Of a stretch of DNA of 64,000 bases, positions 26,146 to 40,900 are shown piece by piece. The notes beneath the pieces were generated by a model. It did not search any database. It was not told the origin of the DNA and saw only the letters and a list, made by a program, of their open reading frames with translations. Origin of the DNA: Pocillopora damicornis (taxonomy: Eukaryota); assembly GCF_003704095.1 (NCBI RefSeq), contig NW_020846109.1:248001-312000 (forward strand). Direction: 5' to 3'. Every line of letters starts with the position of its first letter. Positions within the stretch are counted from its first letter, which is position 1. A program made the translations under genes and the position numbers.

Positions 26146-29100
26146 ATGACAGGTGAAGCCGAACCAGGAAAGGCTAAGGCAGCCGGAATTGTAGGCATAC
26201 TTATAGGAGCGGTGGGTCTTTGCAATCTCGTATGTGGTTTCATTTATGCTGCGCTTGGCGGAAAGGATGGTTCTGGTCTGTGGGTAGGATTCCCGGTAAG
26301 TTCAGCACTTATCACCTGACTACGCCAATTGTACTTAGGAAATACATGCAAAGATCAGATCGTAACCATATTGTGTTCTGAATAAGATAGATATAAACTA
26401 GGTTTGTTTTGCATAAGGGCCTTGACAACAGACTGTTTCATATTCAGAGAACATAAAAGCCATTTTTCTTCGAATACTGGGCCACTTTCTTGAATACAGG
26501 CTTATGATCGAGCGTCTGTTTAAGTAGATAATTCGACCACAAACAAGACACACTTTCAATCAAAGAATATTCAGATTCGATTGCTTAAGTCATAAAGATA
26601 CCGCGAGTCAACTGTAATCCTTTTCTTTTTTTCTTCATGGAAGTGTTTTTTATAAGTATTTCCCAGATACTAATTCAGAAAATCAAAATTCTTTTGGTAC
26701 AACCAAACATGAGTAATTTCACTGCTAGATTTGTAGACTGTTCGGAAATTGCCCCCGCGATTGGGTTTTTTTTACACCACAAGTACGCAGTTAAAAAATA
26801 TTGCATAGCAACGCCCTTACTAGGAATTGTAAACTTACAGCGCAATTCAAAATGAGGCTCTCAGTCGACTAGCGCTGAGTGAGCCAGCTTAGAATTATTT
26901 TTTCCTCTCATCTTATTCCTTCCACAAAGCAATCGCGAATGTCGGTCGTTTATCCTAAATCAAATATTCATTGTTCTTTCCAAACATGAAAATATATCTA
27001 AAATGGAATATTTCAAAACAATTTGCTTCACTAATGTATATGCAAAATGACCCATATCTATGCAAAATCAGCCTTTTAGGTTATGCTAATTAAATCACAT
27101 CACTGCGTGTTGATTGCTTTCTAAAAAAAAATTTACAATGGCCTTTTTAACACTGTTTATTTCAATAAGTTGACACTGTTTACTCTGTGATGGTTAGTGG
27201 AAGCTGATAATTCTTCCTTCTGATCTCGATAATGGCTACTACGAAATATTTTCTTGTCAAATGTAAGGCTGTTGTATAATCATGTGTCGGACACTTATTG
27301 AAATCTCCGCAAATCAAACGAATTTGGTCTAGAAGAGAAGGTTTCCCGTTGAATTGGTGATCGCTTAGGACATAATGTATACACCAGAGCGGTTTATTCA
27401 AGTTAGAACTTATGTACCTCAATTACGAGTTTAGTTAGCTCTTGATGTTAATATTTAATGCCTTTTACGTTGAAAATAAACTGAAAAGTGTTCATTTCAG
27501 AGACACTTTTTCTATGAAAGCTGAAAGTGGATCACTTTTTGTCGAATGAGTTGTTATTTTGTTGATTGGTCTCAATTTGCGAGTCGGAATGGTTAAAATA
27601 ACTGCTTCTCTGTTCCAAAGACGAAAAAACATGGGTACATGTATATGAAGAATGAAACGTAACTAGACAAGGATAAAGAAAAAGCGGAAATGTTTTTCCT
27701 AGATTATGATTAATTAACGGCTTTTTTTGAGGAAGTTTTTCCTTTTTCTCCGTAAAAACCGAATTACAGTTAAAACTTGTCCAGTTTTTTTCTTCATCTT
27801 TCTAACACTTTTTATTCAATTTGTTTACAGCACATAATCATTTTCATCCTGGGACTGGTGACATGGTTCAAACTGAGCAAAGGAGCGGTGAGAGAACATT
27901 TCAGGAATATTGTATTGATTTTTTCACTATAACATTGAGCACCCCTATAAGCACAAATATTCTTTTTTTTTTATTAATCTACTGATTTAGTTGTGGATTA
28001 TAAGGCTACATTGTCGAGATCTTTTTCTTCGGTTTTCAACGGTGAAAACGAAGTTTGTAATTATGAGCAGCGAAGAGTGTTTTCATTTCTGCTAAGGCAA
28101 TCTTTTCTGGGAAAGGTCAGGAGAGAGTGTTGTAAATGCAACCTCTACCCCTTTATTCCCTATTCCCCCACCCCCTCCCGCTTCACTCACTATTTCCCCC
28201 ACCCCTCCCCGCTTCACTCCCTATTTCCCCCACCCCTCCCCGCTTCACTCCCTATTTCCCTCACGTTGCTGGGTGTGCCAATGTCTTTACTTTCCCAGGG
28301 AAAAATATGCTCTAAGTCCTTTCAGGAAAGTCACTGATGAATTTGCTCTTTAATTTCAGTTCATCGGTTACCTGGTACTGAGCATTCTAATGCAAATTGT
28401 GACCATTGTTTTCGTGATTATCTGCCTGATTGCCTGGCTTATCTGGCACATAATCCGAAAGGTGGTGGAGTCAGAATGCGCACAACAAGGAGACCAGTGC
28501 GTTTGCCATGCTGAGAAGAAGGTTCCAATCCCAGGTCGGTAAAACGAAAACTCTGAAATGCTCTTGGTATTGAGCGACAACTCTTACAGCTATCATTAGC
28601 TGCCAAGGCACCCCACTTCAAGCACATGACTCTTTTAGCAAGTTTTCAAGAAAATGTTTGAGGAACACAGAATTTTATTAATGCTTGGATGTAACGGCAA
28701 TTTCTGAAAGCTGAAAAAACCTGGGAATTGATGAGACAAAGGGAGGACTAGAGAATCGACCCGTGGATCATAGGCGTGATGGAGCTACATTAACAGAGGC
28801 GACTCAGCACATATGAAAAAAAATTGCTTCCATCTGTGATTAGCAGTTGCTCGCAAGTCTTAGTATCAAAGTTCGCTTGTACTTTTCCAATCTCGAAAAG
28901 TCTTCTGGCCTTGTTTTCTCAATTTCGTCAAGACATTTTAGGGTCTGAAATTAATGAAACAGCATTTACGTAAACAACGCATGCTCACTAAGGCATGCGT
29001 AGTGGCCATTATAAACTTTTGTGCTCTAACTGTGTACTTTCTTTGTCAACAGTTGACAAATGCAGTCACATCAATACAATTGAAAGCTGTTTTGCCTGCA

Positions 29101-29904
29101 TGACGTTCGTTAACATCATCGGAGCCATTTTGCTTCTTGCTGCCTCTATCATTGGCTGTATGGGAACCTGCTGCGCCAAATCTGTAAGTCACGCAGCTTA
29201 GTTATTAAATATTAAAACTTCAATAGACCTGAGTTTAATTTCGTCTTGGTTGTGAAACATCAATTTCCTTGTTAATTGATTAATTATGCAAGGTTCAAAC
29301 TTGTTTCATTACTTTTGCGGTTTCATTTAATAGGATACCAAAATCTCATGTAATGTGGTGTTATGTTAGTAAATGTAACGTTAGCTCGGAAGTCTAGTCA
29401 TGGAAGTCTAGTATCTCTCGGTTTCAATCTTTGTCAAGATGATTCAGAGAAACCTAAAATATCATCAAAGTGATAGAAAAACTACGAAATCACTCTAGTT
29501 ACGGGATGTTGATAAGTTACCCTCGTAACTTTTTGTTGACTTTCAAACTTTTTTCTGACCAAAGCACTTAACCATGCCAGTACACGGCATAATACATAAG
29601 AAAACCATAATCTGTTTGGTGGCACTTACCTGTATGGGTAACACCAGGTAGTAACTTCCCGAGAGTTTGATTTTTCCCGGTGGAAAAATCCGTGGGCTAG
29701 TCCTGAAGTGGTCTTGTCTACCTGTTCGAATCTCGTTTCACCTAGCCGGAAAACTAGAGCACCCAGTTGTACTTATCCGAATTCATAACATTTTTATTTA
29801 ACCAGGAAACCAACGTAGTTGTTGTGCAACAGCCTGCTGTGGTGATGACGACTCAACAACAAGGTCAAGCTCCACCAGAATACCCTGAAAAGCCAGGTTA
29901 CTAA
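26146..29904 (+). CDS. MS4A/CD20-like four-TM protein, paralog B (exons 26146-26295, 27831-27887, 28360-28534, 29053-29183, 29806-29904)
   Basis: MTGEAEPGKAKAAGIVG...GSGLWVGFP / ...WHIIRKVVESEC...C.C / ...SIIGCMGTCCAKS / ...QAPPEYPEKPGY*. Exon phases match paralog A and exons 2 and 3 have the same sizes (57 and 175 nt). Largely missed by the ORF track. Confidence 0.88.
28158..28262. repeat. C-rich minisatellite, ~31-bp unit, about 3.4 copies
   Basis: CCCTATTTCCCCCACCCCTCCCCGCTTCACT repeated in tandem. Confidence 0.9.
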
Positions 29905-31274
29905 GTGATCTTGTCTCCGCTAGCGGAAAAAAAAAAGGAAAGGAGACAGGAGAGGGGAAATACAATGCACTTAAAAGTTCAATGCACAAATTCCAAAAAA
30001 ATTTCGCTGCTTAAATTTTAACATATATCATACTTATAGTTGCCTACAGTTCAGTGTATTTGATGTACAGCCATTCTGAACACAGCGAAAGTCAGTTGGC
30101 CAGCGCGCTTTGACAATGGACGACGGCTGCAGTTTTCGTGTTTGTCTCGGTGCTCGGTTTTACAACTTCTGCCTCAGGGCCCTCTGTCTCTTCCTTCCTC
30201 CAGGGAGGTAGAGCGATGGCCTTGGGAACGAGTTTCTATGCGAGGCTTGTATCACCTGCACATTTTAGGAGTTTGCATCTGTGTGAAGGCTTAAGAGATT
30301 ACAAGTCAACTAGTCAACGTTATGAGTCTTTTGCTGTCTCTCAGACAAAAAGAAGTTTGGGTCTTTTGAGTTTAAAGGATCATGACATCCCGAACGTTGT
30401 AAAAAGGTGTGAATTATGTTCAATAAAGAACTTCTCTTACTTGTCTACAACCAACGCTTTGTAAGTGTTTGACTTCATTGGATAACGCCGCAGTCTCCCA
30501 CCTAACCGAACGACAGCTGTATATCTAAATCGTATTGTGAGAAAAAAGATCGAATTATTTGATTTCCATGAAGTATTGGAAGATTCCACGAGTATTAAGC
30601 TTTATGATTGCCTACAACGTTTCTCTCGCACTACTCTGGTCTCAAAGCATCAGAAACATGTACGGTTGTTGTTTAAGAGGTCAGGTGCAAGATAATCTTT
30701 TCGCAACTACCCAATATAAACCCTCCCCGCTTATTTCTCTGTCTATTTTAAAAAGTGCATTTTGAAAGAGTTCGTTAAAAGCGATACATTCTCTCGCCAC
30801 ACAGACATTCCCCCCTACTTCTTTCCTCACAGAGATATTTTAACCCTTAAAAAAGGGCGCCAAAGCAAAGACACAGGTAACCCAGGCAGTGTGAAGACCG
30901 TTTGAATTTGAAGTATCATTTAAGAAGCCAAACGGTTTCAAAGCAGTTGCAGAAGCGAGCCTTACAGCAAGACACAAGCAAGTACGTCATTCTTATCTGG
31001 ATTATTTTCAAAATGACACACTTTGGCGTTTGTAAATTTTAGTTACTGACAGTACATCTACGGCCACTAGAGAGCCTGGGATCCTGTGGTCAACACTGTG
31101 GTCAAGAATTGTGAGGCAGTCTGCCACAGCTCACAGAAAGTTTATTAACTTTCGCGCTAACTGTTTTTCATCAGTTGTGAACGTGAATTATTTTCCTTAG
31201 ATTCACAGTTCTCCTGACGTTTTGTGCTTTCGTTGCTAAGCTCACAACTTAACGATTATTTCTTGAGAGCGAAA

Positions 31275-33888
31275 ATGACTGATCTTGTCGAGCGTGGCAA
31301 GGCGATGGCTGCTGGCGTCATGTCAATTTTCATTTTAATTACCGCAGTCGCCGACATGATATGTGGAGCGATTTATGCTTTGATAGGAGGGATACATGGA
31401 TCTGGACTTTGGACAGGATTCGGGGTATGGCATCTATTCATGTGTGTCTTGATTATCAAATAAAAAGGAATTGTAAAACGTCAATTGAAATTGGTAAACA
31501 AAAATAACGGTTTGAATCTGCTTTACGTTTTCAATACTGGACGCCAGTTAACCCCAATAATGATGTTTTTCAATCTAAAATTGTTCATAAAAAGAGTTAA
31601 ATGTACATTCATCCAAACTTTCATTGATCAGAGGGGGTGGCAGGGCTGAAATAAAGTTAAGAGGTAGCTAGTCTCTCAATACATTTTCCTAAATTTTGCC
31701 ATGTTAAAGACCGTGTGAAAACTTTTCTCAGGAAAACTACAACGGAAAACGTTGGTTACATAAAGAATTCTCGTCTATTTTGAACTATACGAGAAAAATA
31801 TAAAAAATATACAGTTACTGCCTATTTAATTCTACGTTCAGTTCAACGAATTTAGTTTAACGTAGCTCAGCTAGTTCTATTATACTTTGCCGCAACGCCA
31901 CCATTTCAACTCACATAACATTATTAGTGAAGCTGTATTGACATATTTTTCTCTTTTGTTCAGTTACTACTTTGTGCAGTGTTTGGTCTCATAACGTGGC
32001 TGAGAAGAAGCAAAACAGCTGTGAGTGATTTAGAGTAGATTAAAAAAAAAAACTTATTTACCGTTCAGAGATGCAACAGGAAAAAAACCTGCTTATTGAA
32101 GCCGCTTCAAAATTTTTCTTTATTTTATCTCATAAAGAGGTTATAAACTGAGCTCAGTTTATATCATAGTCTTGATCTCTGTCATGTTTGCTGTTTTCCT
32201 TTTCTCTGTTTTGAGCGAGTGTTTAGCTGGAAAAAAAAGTGCGGAGAATCGTTTTAATGCAAATGTTCTGTGGCCGGGGAAGGATTACAATTTGTCTGAA
32301 ACAGTTGCAAGAGACCCTATATCAAATTTCCCTGGAAAAAAAAAAGGAAACTAAAAAACCACAAGATTTTCAATGACGTTGGATTAACCAGTCTTACAAC
32401 TTTGAACACCTTTAAGGGTTCTTTAAATCTTCTTTACCTTGGCATCGAAACACTTGACGGGAGCTTACATGATATATTGTCCCTATGCAATTTGATTGAC
32501 TGATGAATCTGGCTTTTTCTTCACGCTGAGATGCCATTTAAAAATAAAATGGGGCGATCACGGGCAAATAAATGATACTGCTGAGAGTTAATACAAGTAA
32601 TAAGTTCTCTGATAATCGCAGTGGAAAGAAAGAGGGAGTTTTATGTTACTCGTTACTTTTTGCAGATGGCGTTCTTCCTTGTCCTAGACATCCTGTGGTT
32701 TGTTGTGTGTGCGGCTGGGACCGGAGTCTCATTTGGGCTTCTTACCTTACTCACCATTCTAAAAGGGTTGATGGAAGAACACTGCAGCTTGAATGCGGAG
32801 GGAACATGCCACTGCAGTGGAGAGTATGATGTCCCAATGAACAGTAAGCTTCTAACACATAATGTCCGACGAGCATTCGCGTCTTTTTAAAGGAGGTTGC
32901 CCTAGGGTGACTTCCTGTGAGTGGAGGATGTACAAAATAGGTTTCATGTAACTTCAATTTGAGCAACAAGCATAACGTGAAATTTTCAAATCGATCGCTT
33001 TTATCTGATCTGAATCTACGCCTTCCTCGCTGCTTACTGTAAGGTGTAGCCTTCTCAATTTGATATTTTGTTCATTAACCCAAATGATTTTTTTTGCTTT
33101 TTTCTTCCATCTTGAGAGAAATTTGCGCATCGAAGAGAAATACTCAAAAACTTTTGACACTATTTAAGCGAAGAGCCAATAAGCCAACTAAATTGAAAGG
33201 TTGACGTTACAGCAAACAACACTTCGACGAGCTAGTATGTCGACGGACATTACGGCTCCTTTTATGGCCAGTGCTGTTATTAGAAAATAAAATACATCAG
33301 ACCCTATATGCAATGGTAAATGTATTGAAATAACTGATTAACCTTATTCTACCATTCTTGCAATTCAATTTTCAGTGGATGACTGCGACAAAGTAACAGT
33401 TGCCCAGCGCTGTATGTTTGCTATCTTCGTGTTGGACGGCATCGGAGCCCTCCTTGCGCTGGGTGGTTCTATCATTGGTTGCATGGGAGTCTGTTGCACT
33501 GGACAAGTCGTGAGTGACATGTTTCCTAGACAGTTGTACAGTTGTTTCTTGGGATGTCAAACCCCCCCCTCCCCCCATAACCACCCCCCCCCCCTCCTCA
33601 CTCAGTCAAAAGAGAAACTTTTTGTGGTGAGGACTGGAGTAGGATTTACATTGCGTGACATTTCAAGAACGGCTTCTTTGACATTCTATGACCGTTGGTT
33701 ACGAAAGCTCTTTGCATAACGTCGTTCTCTGTCAACAGATGAATTTGATAATTTTTTCTCTGTTTGTTTTTTTTTGTTTTTATCAGGCGACTACAGTTGT
33801 TGTTGTGGAGCCCTCTGGAGTGACGACGCAGAAAATGAACCAAGGTGCACCTCCCCCGGAATATCCTTCGATCCCTCGCTATAAATAG
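31275..33888 (+). CDS. MS4A/CD20-like four-TM protein, paralog C (exons 31275-31424, 31964-32020, 32666-32843, 33376-33509, 33787-33888)
   Basis: MTDLVERGKAMAAG...GSGLWTGFG / ...C.....TCHC / ...SIIGCMGVCC / ...APPPEYPSIPRYK*; same five-exon layout as A and B. Confidence 0.88.
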
Positions 33889-34997
33889 TTTTGAACTTTA
33901 CCAGGAACACATTTGTCCGGGGTGGGAGGATGACCGTACTTGTGGGGATGCTTTTGTTCTCATAAATCATTTTGCAGTTTACGGCTATTCCAGTTTCGCT
34001 GTGACTTTTCAGATTTCATTGAGGGGCCAACCATCAGTCCCAGGAGATGGAGATTGGGTCAGTTACTTATTCATTCCTTTTGTCACAGTTGACGTTGAAG
34101 AAATATTCCCTTCACATTAGGAAGCAAATTTTTTATGAGCATTTTCATTTTTTTTTCGCCAATACCAGCTTTTTACGCATAAAGCGGCGTTTTTCTTTTG
34201 GCACCAATCCGATGGTAAACCGACTGAAAATTATATTCTATCCCTTTCATGTTTGGCCTTCCAATGTGACACTTTGTACCTAATTTATCTGAATAAAGAT
34301 CGGTACCGACGAGAAACAAACCCCTATGACGAGCGTGTTGAGCTTTTCGCAAAAACGGATCCCCTTAACTTGCTTTCTTTGCGGGCTTAGGCATTATAAT
34401 AAGCCACTGTCTGGGAACTGAGCGGAGGAACGAAGATCGGACTCGAGAAGGCAATTAAAATAGAGCACTCGGCAACTGTGATATCTGCGAAAAAATAAGA
34501 TTTTCATACTTGCATGTTCTTCTTGATTTTGAGTGGAAAGTGCAGCTGTACCCGCACGCTACAGCTGATCTTCACGAATAACTTGATCCCCGTCCCTTAG
34601 TCCAACTTTAATTGTTCCAGGTGCATGATTACCGTTTCCTTTCCCATCGCTGCCACAAGTTTTCCGATTCAAAGCAGTCATCATTATAAATAGCCCTTTT
34701 TTCATCTCCGCTATTTATAAAACTTCTGATACTCAGCTGAGTGGTTGTTGTTTTCAGTTTTTCTCTTGTTCATAGTTCCTGGGATTCCGTGGTGATCGAG
34801 GAATGCCCAGCAACCAGGCCGCTGATTTAAGGCCAGGCTGCTGATTGAAGTGCGAAAAATATCACCCGTCGACAAAATGTAGGGGGCAACCAAGGATATA
34901 AATACGTTGGGGAAAAAAATTACCGGGTAGACAATATTATACAATGACGCATTTACTCTTCTCTTGAGTCTGCCCTATATATTTCATTTTGCTTCGC

Positions 34998-37900
34998 ATG
35001 GAAGACGCAGTGTGCGTAAGTTGTAGTAGTCTGCTACAAAAGGATGATACACCCATACAAGCGTTATGCAGCAAATGGCACCGCAATTGCTTCAAGTAAG
35101 TTTTCTTTCGTCGGAAAACTGAATTCCTTTATTTCCGGATGCCTCTTCCCTAACACAATCTTTCTTTAGGTGTTCAGAGTGTAAACGGCAACTTTCATCT
35201 ACGTATTATGCCCGTGGAAAGACGCTTTACTGCAAAAAGGACTACACGGAAAAATTCCGATCTAAGTGTCACGTCTGCGAGCAAAAAATTAGTGGACTTG
35301 TTGTGGTGTGTGCCATAATCTATCGTATTACATTTAATTCGTGTTGTTACTTAAGTCTGCTCAATTGAGTGTAAATCTGATACTGCTTTTGTGGTCTTAA
35401 TTATCTTGTAAACCATTCATCCACCGCTCGTACATTGTTGGCAATAGTTTTCTCCGTTGTAGAGGGGCGAATATTTCATTTGAGCTTCATTCACTGATTC
35501 AACTCTTTCCATTGCAATTTATCGCTAATGTTTGGTATATTTCTTAATTTACCGATTTAACACTTCTTAATCTTTATAATTTTCCGCATCATAGAGTGAA
35601 TGTACATCAAATTTTCATTTTGTCCAGGAATGCTACAGATTGTGCCATTTCAGTTTTCAGGAACTTTCCCTAATTTCAATTAATATGCATTTTTTATAAC
35701 AACAACAGGAAGTTATAACTTCTTCACCTGCTGAGTTAAAAAAAATATTTTGGTGTAGAACAGGATTTCTGTAACTAGTCAGTAGAATTTAATGTGTACA
35801 AAATGATGTAATTTGCATCTTTTTGTTTAATATCAGTATTGGTTAGTGAACAGAAATCAATCATTTAATTACTGATAACTGAAAGGGCAGTACCAAAGAT
35901 TGAAAACTTGGTATATTAAACCAAAATTTTTCAAGTTGGTGACTTGCAATCTCCATCAAGGTGTACTATTACCTCTTACAGTAAGTGCCACCAAGTCTAT
36001 GGCACTCAGAAGTTGAATACATGAACATGTAGTTACACATATGGAAAGATAGAATAAACTTCTTGTATTGAATATGTTTCTTCTAAATTTTTTCAATCAG
36101 GTTGTAGCTGATCATAAATTCCACACTGAATGTTTTTCATGTGGAAACTGTCAACAATTTTTGGGAGAAGAAGATGATTACGTCCTTCTTGAACAACATA
36201 GACTGACATGGTATTATGTTTCATGTGATTTAGTCTATGTAGTTGTAGAGTAAAATTGCAAATATTGGAGTACATGAAAAGTGACTCAAAGATCATTCTC
36301 TATACAAGTATCTACTCATAACTAATGCTCTATTTAGCTTTCCTCTTCTCTCCTTCCTCTGATAAACAAAAAGTTTACTCAAAAACACAGGTATGGGGTA
36401 TTATTTGGAAGCCTCTCTTAGTTTCACCCTGAGAGACAAAAAAAAATTTCATGTACCTTTTGATAATTGTATTACAGTGCAACAATAATCCAAACATTTT
36501 TTCTTACCATATTTGAAATACTTTTAACCCTAGCTGTACATGTTTCACGAAAGGAAAAGAAGAGTCTTGGTGGAATCCTTCTTTACATGCTGTTCATCAC
36601 TTAAATCTGACTCCTGGAGCTTTGAGCAATCATAAAATTGAAGTAGAAATTGTGAAGAGGGAAAGAAAGAGGTCTATAAAATCTAGAAGTTTGGAGAAAG
36701 AACCTGAGACGTCTCTTGTTATCAAAGGGTATTCTTATTTTGTCACACAACTTTTCTGCTTCAATATAGCTTGTTGATTTATACAAATAAATTATCTACC
36801 TGTGTGTAATCTCGAATATCTTTTTTGGGTGCAAAGTATAAAACTTTTTATGGTATATAACTTGTCTACTATTTTAATACCCATGTGGTATTTACAAATT
36901 GTGAAACAGATTATGGAGGTTTAAAATATTTGGTACTTTTTGTTTATTATTTTTTCTCTGAAATTTACTTTAAATTTGGTATGCACAATGGTACAAAATT
37001 GAAAATTATGTTGAAAGTGAACTTTTTGAGAGGCTTAAACCTGTATTGAAGAAAATGTAAACAACTGGATGAATGTCAAATATATTTTTTCAGTCTATTT
37101 ATATTTTCAACAGGTAAACAGAGAGAACATAATAATGATGATAATAATGATTGTCCTGAAATACTTGTACTTGGTAGTCTTACCTGTACTTTAATATATG
37201 AAATTAGAAATGTTTTATCACCACAAGGTTTAAAACAACCAAAAAGTCACAGAGCTGTGATACATTAAATGTCATGGTTGGAGATGTGGTACTGGAGGTC
37301 AACAAAGTTTTTGTGTCTCCTTCTACTATTGATAAGGTAAACAAAGAACTGGTAATTGATCTAGTGAGCAGTGAGTGAGGTCAATTGGGAAATGTTTAGA
37401 TAACCAGGCAAAATCTGAGGTGGTTTAGAATTAGCTATTTGCTTTTAAGATATTGTGAAACCTGTTGTAGGGAAACTTTGCACTAAGGATATGTGTCATA
37501 CTGGATATACAACAAGAGAATTCCTTATATTTGCAAAGAAGAAGGGGGCTGAGAATGACTTATTAAAGAAGTAGCCTGAATGAAGTGTATGGTTGTAACA
37601 GACTTAGAAAAATTAAGCTTCTTATGGTTTTTCAGTTGGATATCCTGTGTCATTTAATGCCGGCAAGAGTTGTTTGGGTTTTGGCTGAACACAAGTTCAA
37701 CTCTAGGCTGTAAACAGGAAACAAATGTCAATCATATTTGGAAAACTTAAGATGCAATTTCTTTTTAACCCCTGTAGGTTGCTTCTCTCCTGACGTCCCA
37801 GTCAAATGAGATCACTGAAATTACCCTTGAACGAAATGCAAGTGGACTTGACCTGAAACCCAAACAGTGCAGACTACTCAGTGTTGATTCTGATGGTGAA

Positions 37901-40900
37901 TCTGGGGCAACTGCTGAAGATAAAAGCTTTCGTAACAGGTCAATATCTCTATTCTCCAGAAGGGAACTACGGCGTTGTCAAATGTCAGCATCCTCAGAAA
38001 ACCCCCCACTCATTAATGGGGAGGGAGATTCTTTGAAAGATGCCAGTGGAAAGAAGATAACAAAGCCTGCTATGCGATCAAATTCACTTCCAAGAAGGTA
38101 ATTCTTTGGTCTGGTTTTCCCTGAGAGCTAGTCAAAAAAATTTAATGATGACAAGATAACTTCTTTAAGCTTTAAAATGAACTTTTATATTTTAACCACA
38201 TCTTTTTCAGCTGAATAAGCCTCTTTTAAATCTCTTTTGCAAGTTCAAGGGTGGATGCTCAGCTTGGTTGTGCGTTTTTGTACCTCTGAACAACATTAGA
38301 GCAAATTTTGGTTGTTTATTTTTCTCTTGATCTGGACAAGCCCTTGATAATTTTTTGGTGTCTAATTTCTTTCCTTGGTTTATTTTTTTTCAATAGTAAT
38401 TCATTGTCTGACAATTTCAAGTTACGATCGGCAATTCACAGAGCTCAGTCATTCAAGTCAGAGACTGCTGCCAACAGGTAATACTCAGCAATGTTGTGTT
38501 CATTTATCTCTTTATTTATTTGCCAAAATTTCCTCAAAAAAACTTTCAGCCCAATTCAGGTTTTGCTGGTTACATTAGGTACATTTGACTTCAATTTGTG
38601 GTTTAGTCAAAATGCTTTGTAGCTTAACTCCTTGAAAATTTTCAATTTTCAACTGTAGTCCAAAGCACTTCCCTTTTTTATGTCTTGCAGGCTTAACTCT
38701 ATTGCATGACTTGCTTATTTAAATGTTTTTTTTTTCCAGAAATTGTTCTTAAGTTTCATGAGCAAGTGAAAGGATTGGTTGTCTTGTTTTCCTACGACTG
38801 ACTGCTTTTGACTCATCAGTCATATTGAGAAAATCAAAATTAGTAAAAATCATTTCTAAAACCCATCAAATACATAGTACAGATATATTGAACATCTTTT
38901 TAATCTTTTCTTGTCAGGGAGTAGGGTAAGTTACAGAACTCAGTGTGTAACTTTCAGTACGACAGACGTGTTACATAGAGATCTAAAGGAAATTAATGCT
39001 ATATAACTGACTTCTTATAAAGGGTCTTCAGGCCCTGTGATTTGGTCCTTGGAGATGTGATTGGAAAAGGCTTTTTTGGACAAGTGAGGAAGGTATGCAG
39101 CAAGTGACTTTATCTCAGGAGTAATAATTGATCTGAACAGTTGTGTGATTGTCTGAAGAAAGGCAGTTCCAAAAGGGATCAGTGTCTATTACAGTGACTG
39201 ACATTGCAACAACCAGAAGGATCTCAATGATGACCTTGATGAGTCATTGAGTCAACTCTTCATTCAGTTAACCTGACTCAGATAATGGCTTCTGCTTGGC
39301 TGGTCGAAATGTCAGTTGCTATTTCCAAAACAGTCTTTTTCAGGATTACTCTCTCACAATCAAACGTAAAATTCAGTCAGGATGTCATACATATTTTTCT
39401 TAAATTAAGACCTTATCTAGTACATTCTTTCATGGATGCATAGTAATTGTGCCTTTGTTTTTTTTTCCAAGGTGACACAGAGACAGAGTGGAGAGGTAAT
39501 GGTGATGAAGGAGCTTCTAAATTATGATGAAACAGCTAAAGTGAGCTTCTTGAAGGAGGTAAGTTACATTTTCTTTATAAAGCTTGGTTGGACAAGTGCT
39601 TTTAGCAGGCACAGTATATATAAACTATCCAGAAACTTGATGCCCAATGCCATCAAATTTTCAGCAACAGCTGCCCTCTTCAAAACCATAGGAAACCCAT
39701 TTTAGGTGATAAGGGGAGGGTGCTAGAGGGGGGCTTATCAGAAAGAAGGCATTGCAAAGGGGGCTTCTGAGAGAAGAAGCTTTGTAAAGAGAGGGCTTTT
39801 TGGAGAGGGGGCTTTTTAGAAAGGGGGCGTTTAGAGAGGGGCCTTTTTAGAGATGGGCCTTTTTAGAGAGGGGGTGTACCAAAGAGGGGCTAGTCTGTTA
39901 GCTCCTAAAATAATAGTTTGAATCTTTTTCAGGTTGCATTGCTAAAGAGTTTGAATCATCCTAATGTACTGAGGTTCATAGGCATTTTGTACAGAGACCA
40001 GACCTTGAACTTGATTACTGGTAAGCCCTTTGCTAAATACATTTATAATGTAAGGAAAGTCAGGAGGAGTTGATAAGGTCTTTGTTGATTAAAACATTGA
40101 TGTTTTGCAGAGTATATTGGTGGTGGTACAGTGCGCCAAGTTCTAAAGGATAAGGTAAGAAATTTTGTTATTTGTTCTACTGACTTTAGGAAGAAAGGTG
40201 GAACTTACTTGTAAGATATGTGTGGACCTTGTGATTTATTGTGAGAATTTTTATGTGCTTATGTTCTCATTTCCACATGGTCCAGTTTTGTATTGACTGA
40301 ACTCAGGTGTTTAAACCTCTATTTGTGATGGTATTAATTTGTGCTCAAACTTATTTCAGAGGTTTGGTTTCCTTGTAGGGTAAACAATTGCCGTGGTTGC
40401 AGAGGATTAGATTTGCCAAAGATATAGCAGCTGGAATGGTGAGTTGGAGAAGTTCTGATTTATGAATTGTAATGCTAATATCCTGATACTTTGTCTAGAA
40501 GTTTAGTAATGAGAATTTAAAAAGGTGATTTAATGCCAAAGTACCACAACTAGTCAAGGAAGAAATGCTTGCTTGTCAATCAAGGGAGAACAGGCTTTCA
40601 GATCATGCACTAGAACATATAAACCCTTTTAATTAAAGCAGATTCTAATTTACATGTGCAAATGTAAAGTTTGGAAGACTTTACCTTTATTACTCTCTGG
40701 AGATTGTAAGTCCATACTCAATGGTGTACTTTTACTAAGGGTCATGAGAATAATTCATTTTTTCAGTTCATTTGTTTTTATTTATAGCGAAATGTTTTTG
40801 TTAGCTCCTTTATTTCAATCCTTTTGCCAGGCTTACCTCCATTCAATGAACGTCATGCACAGAGATTTAACCTCAAAGAATTGCCTGGTTGAAACGGACG

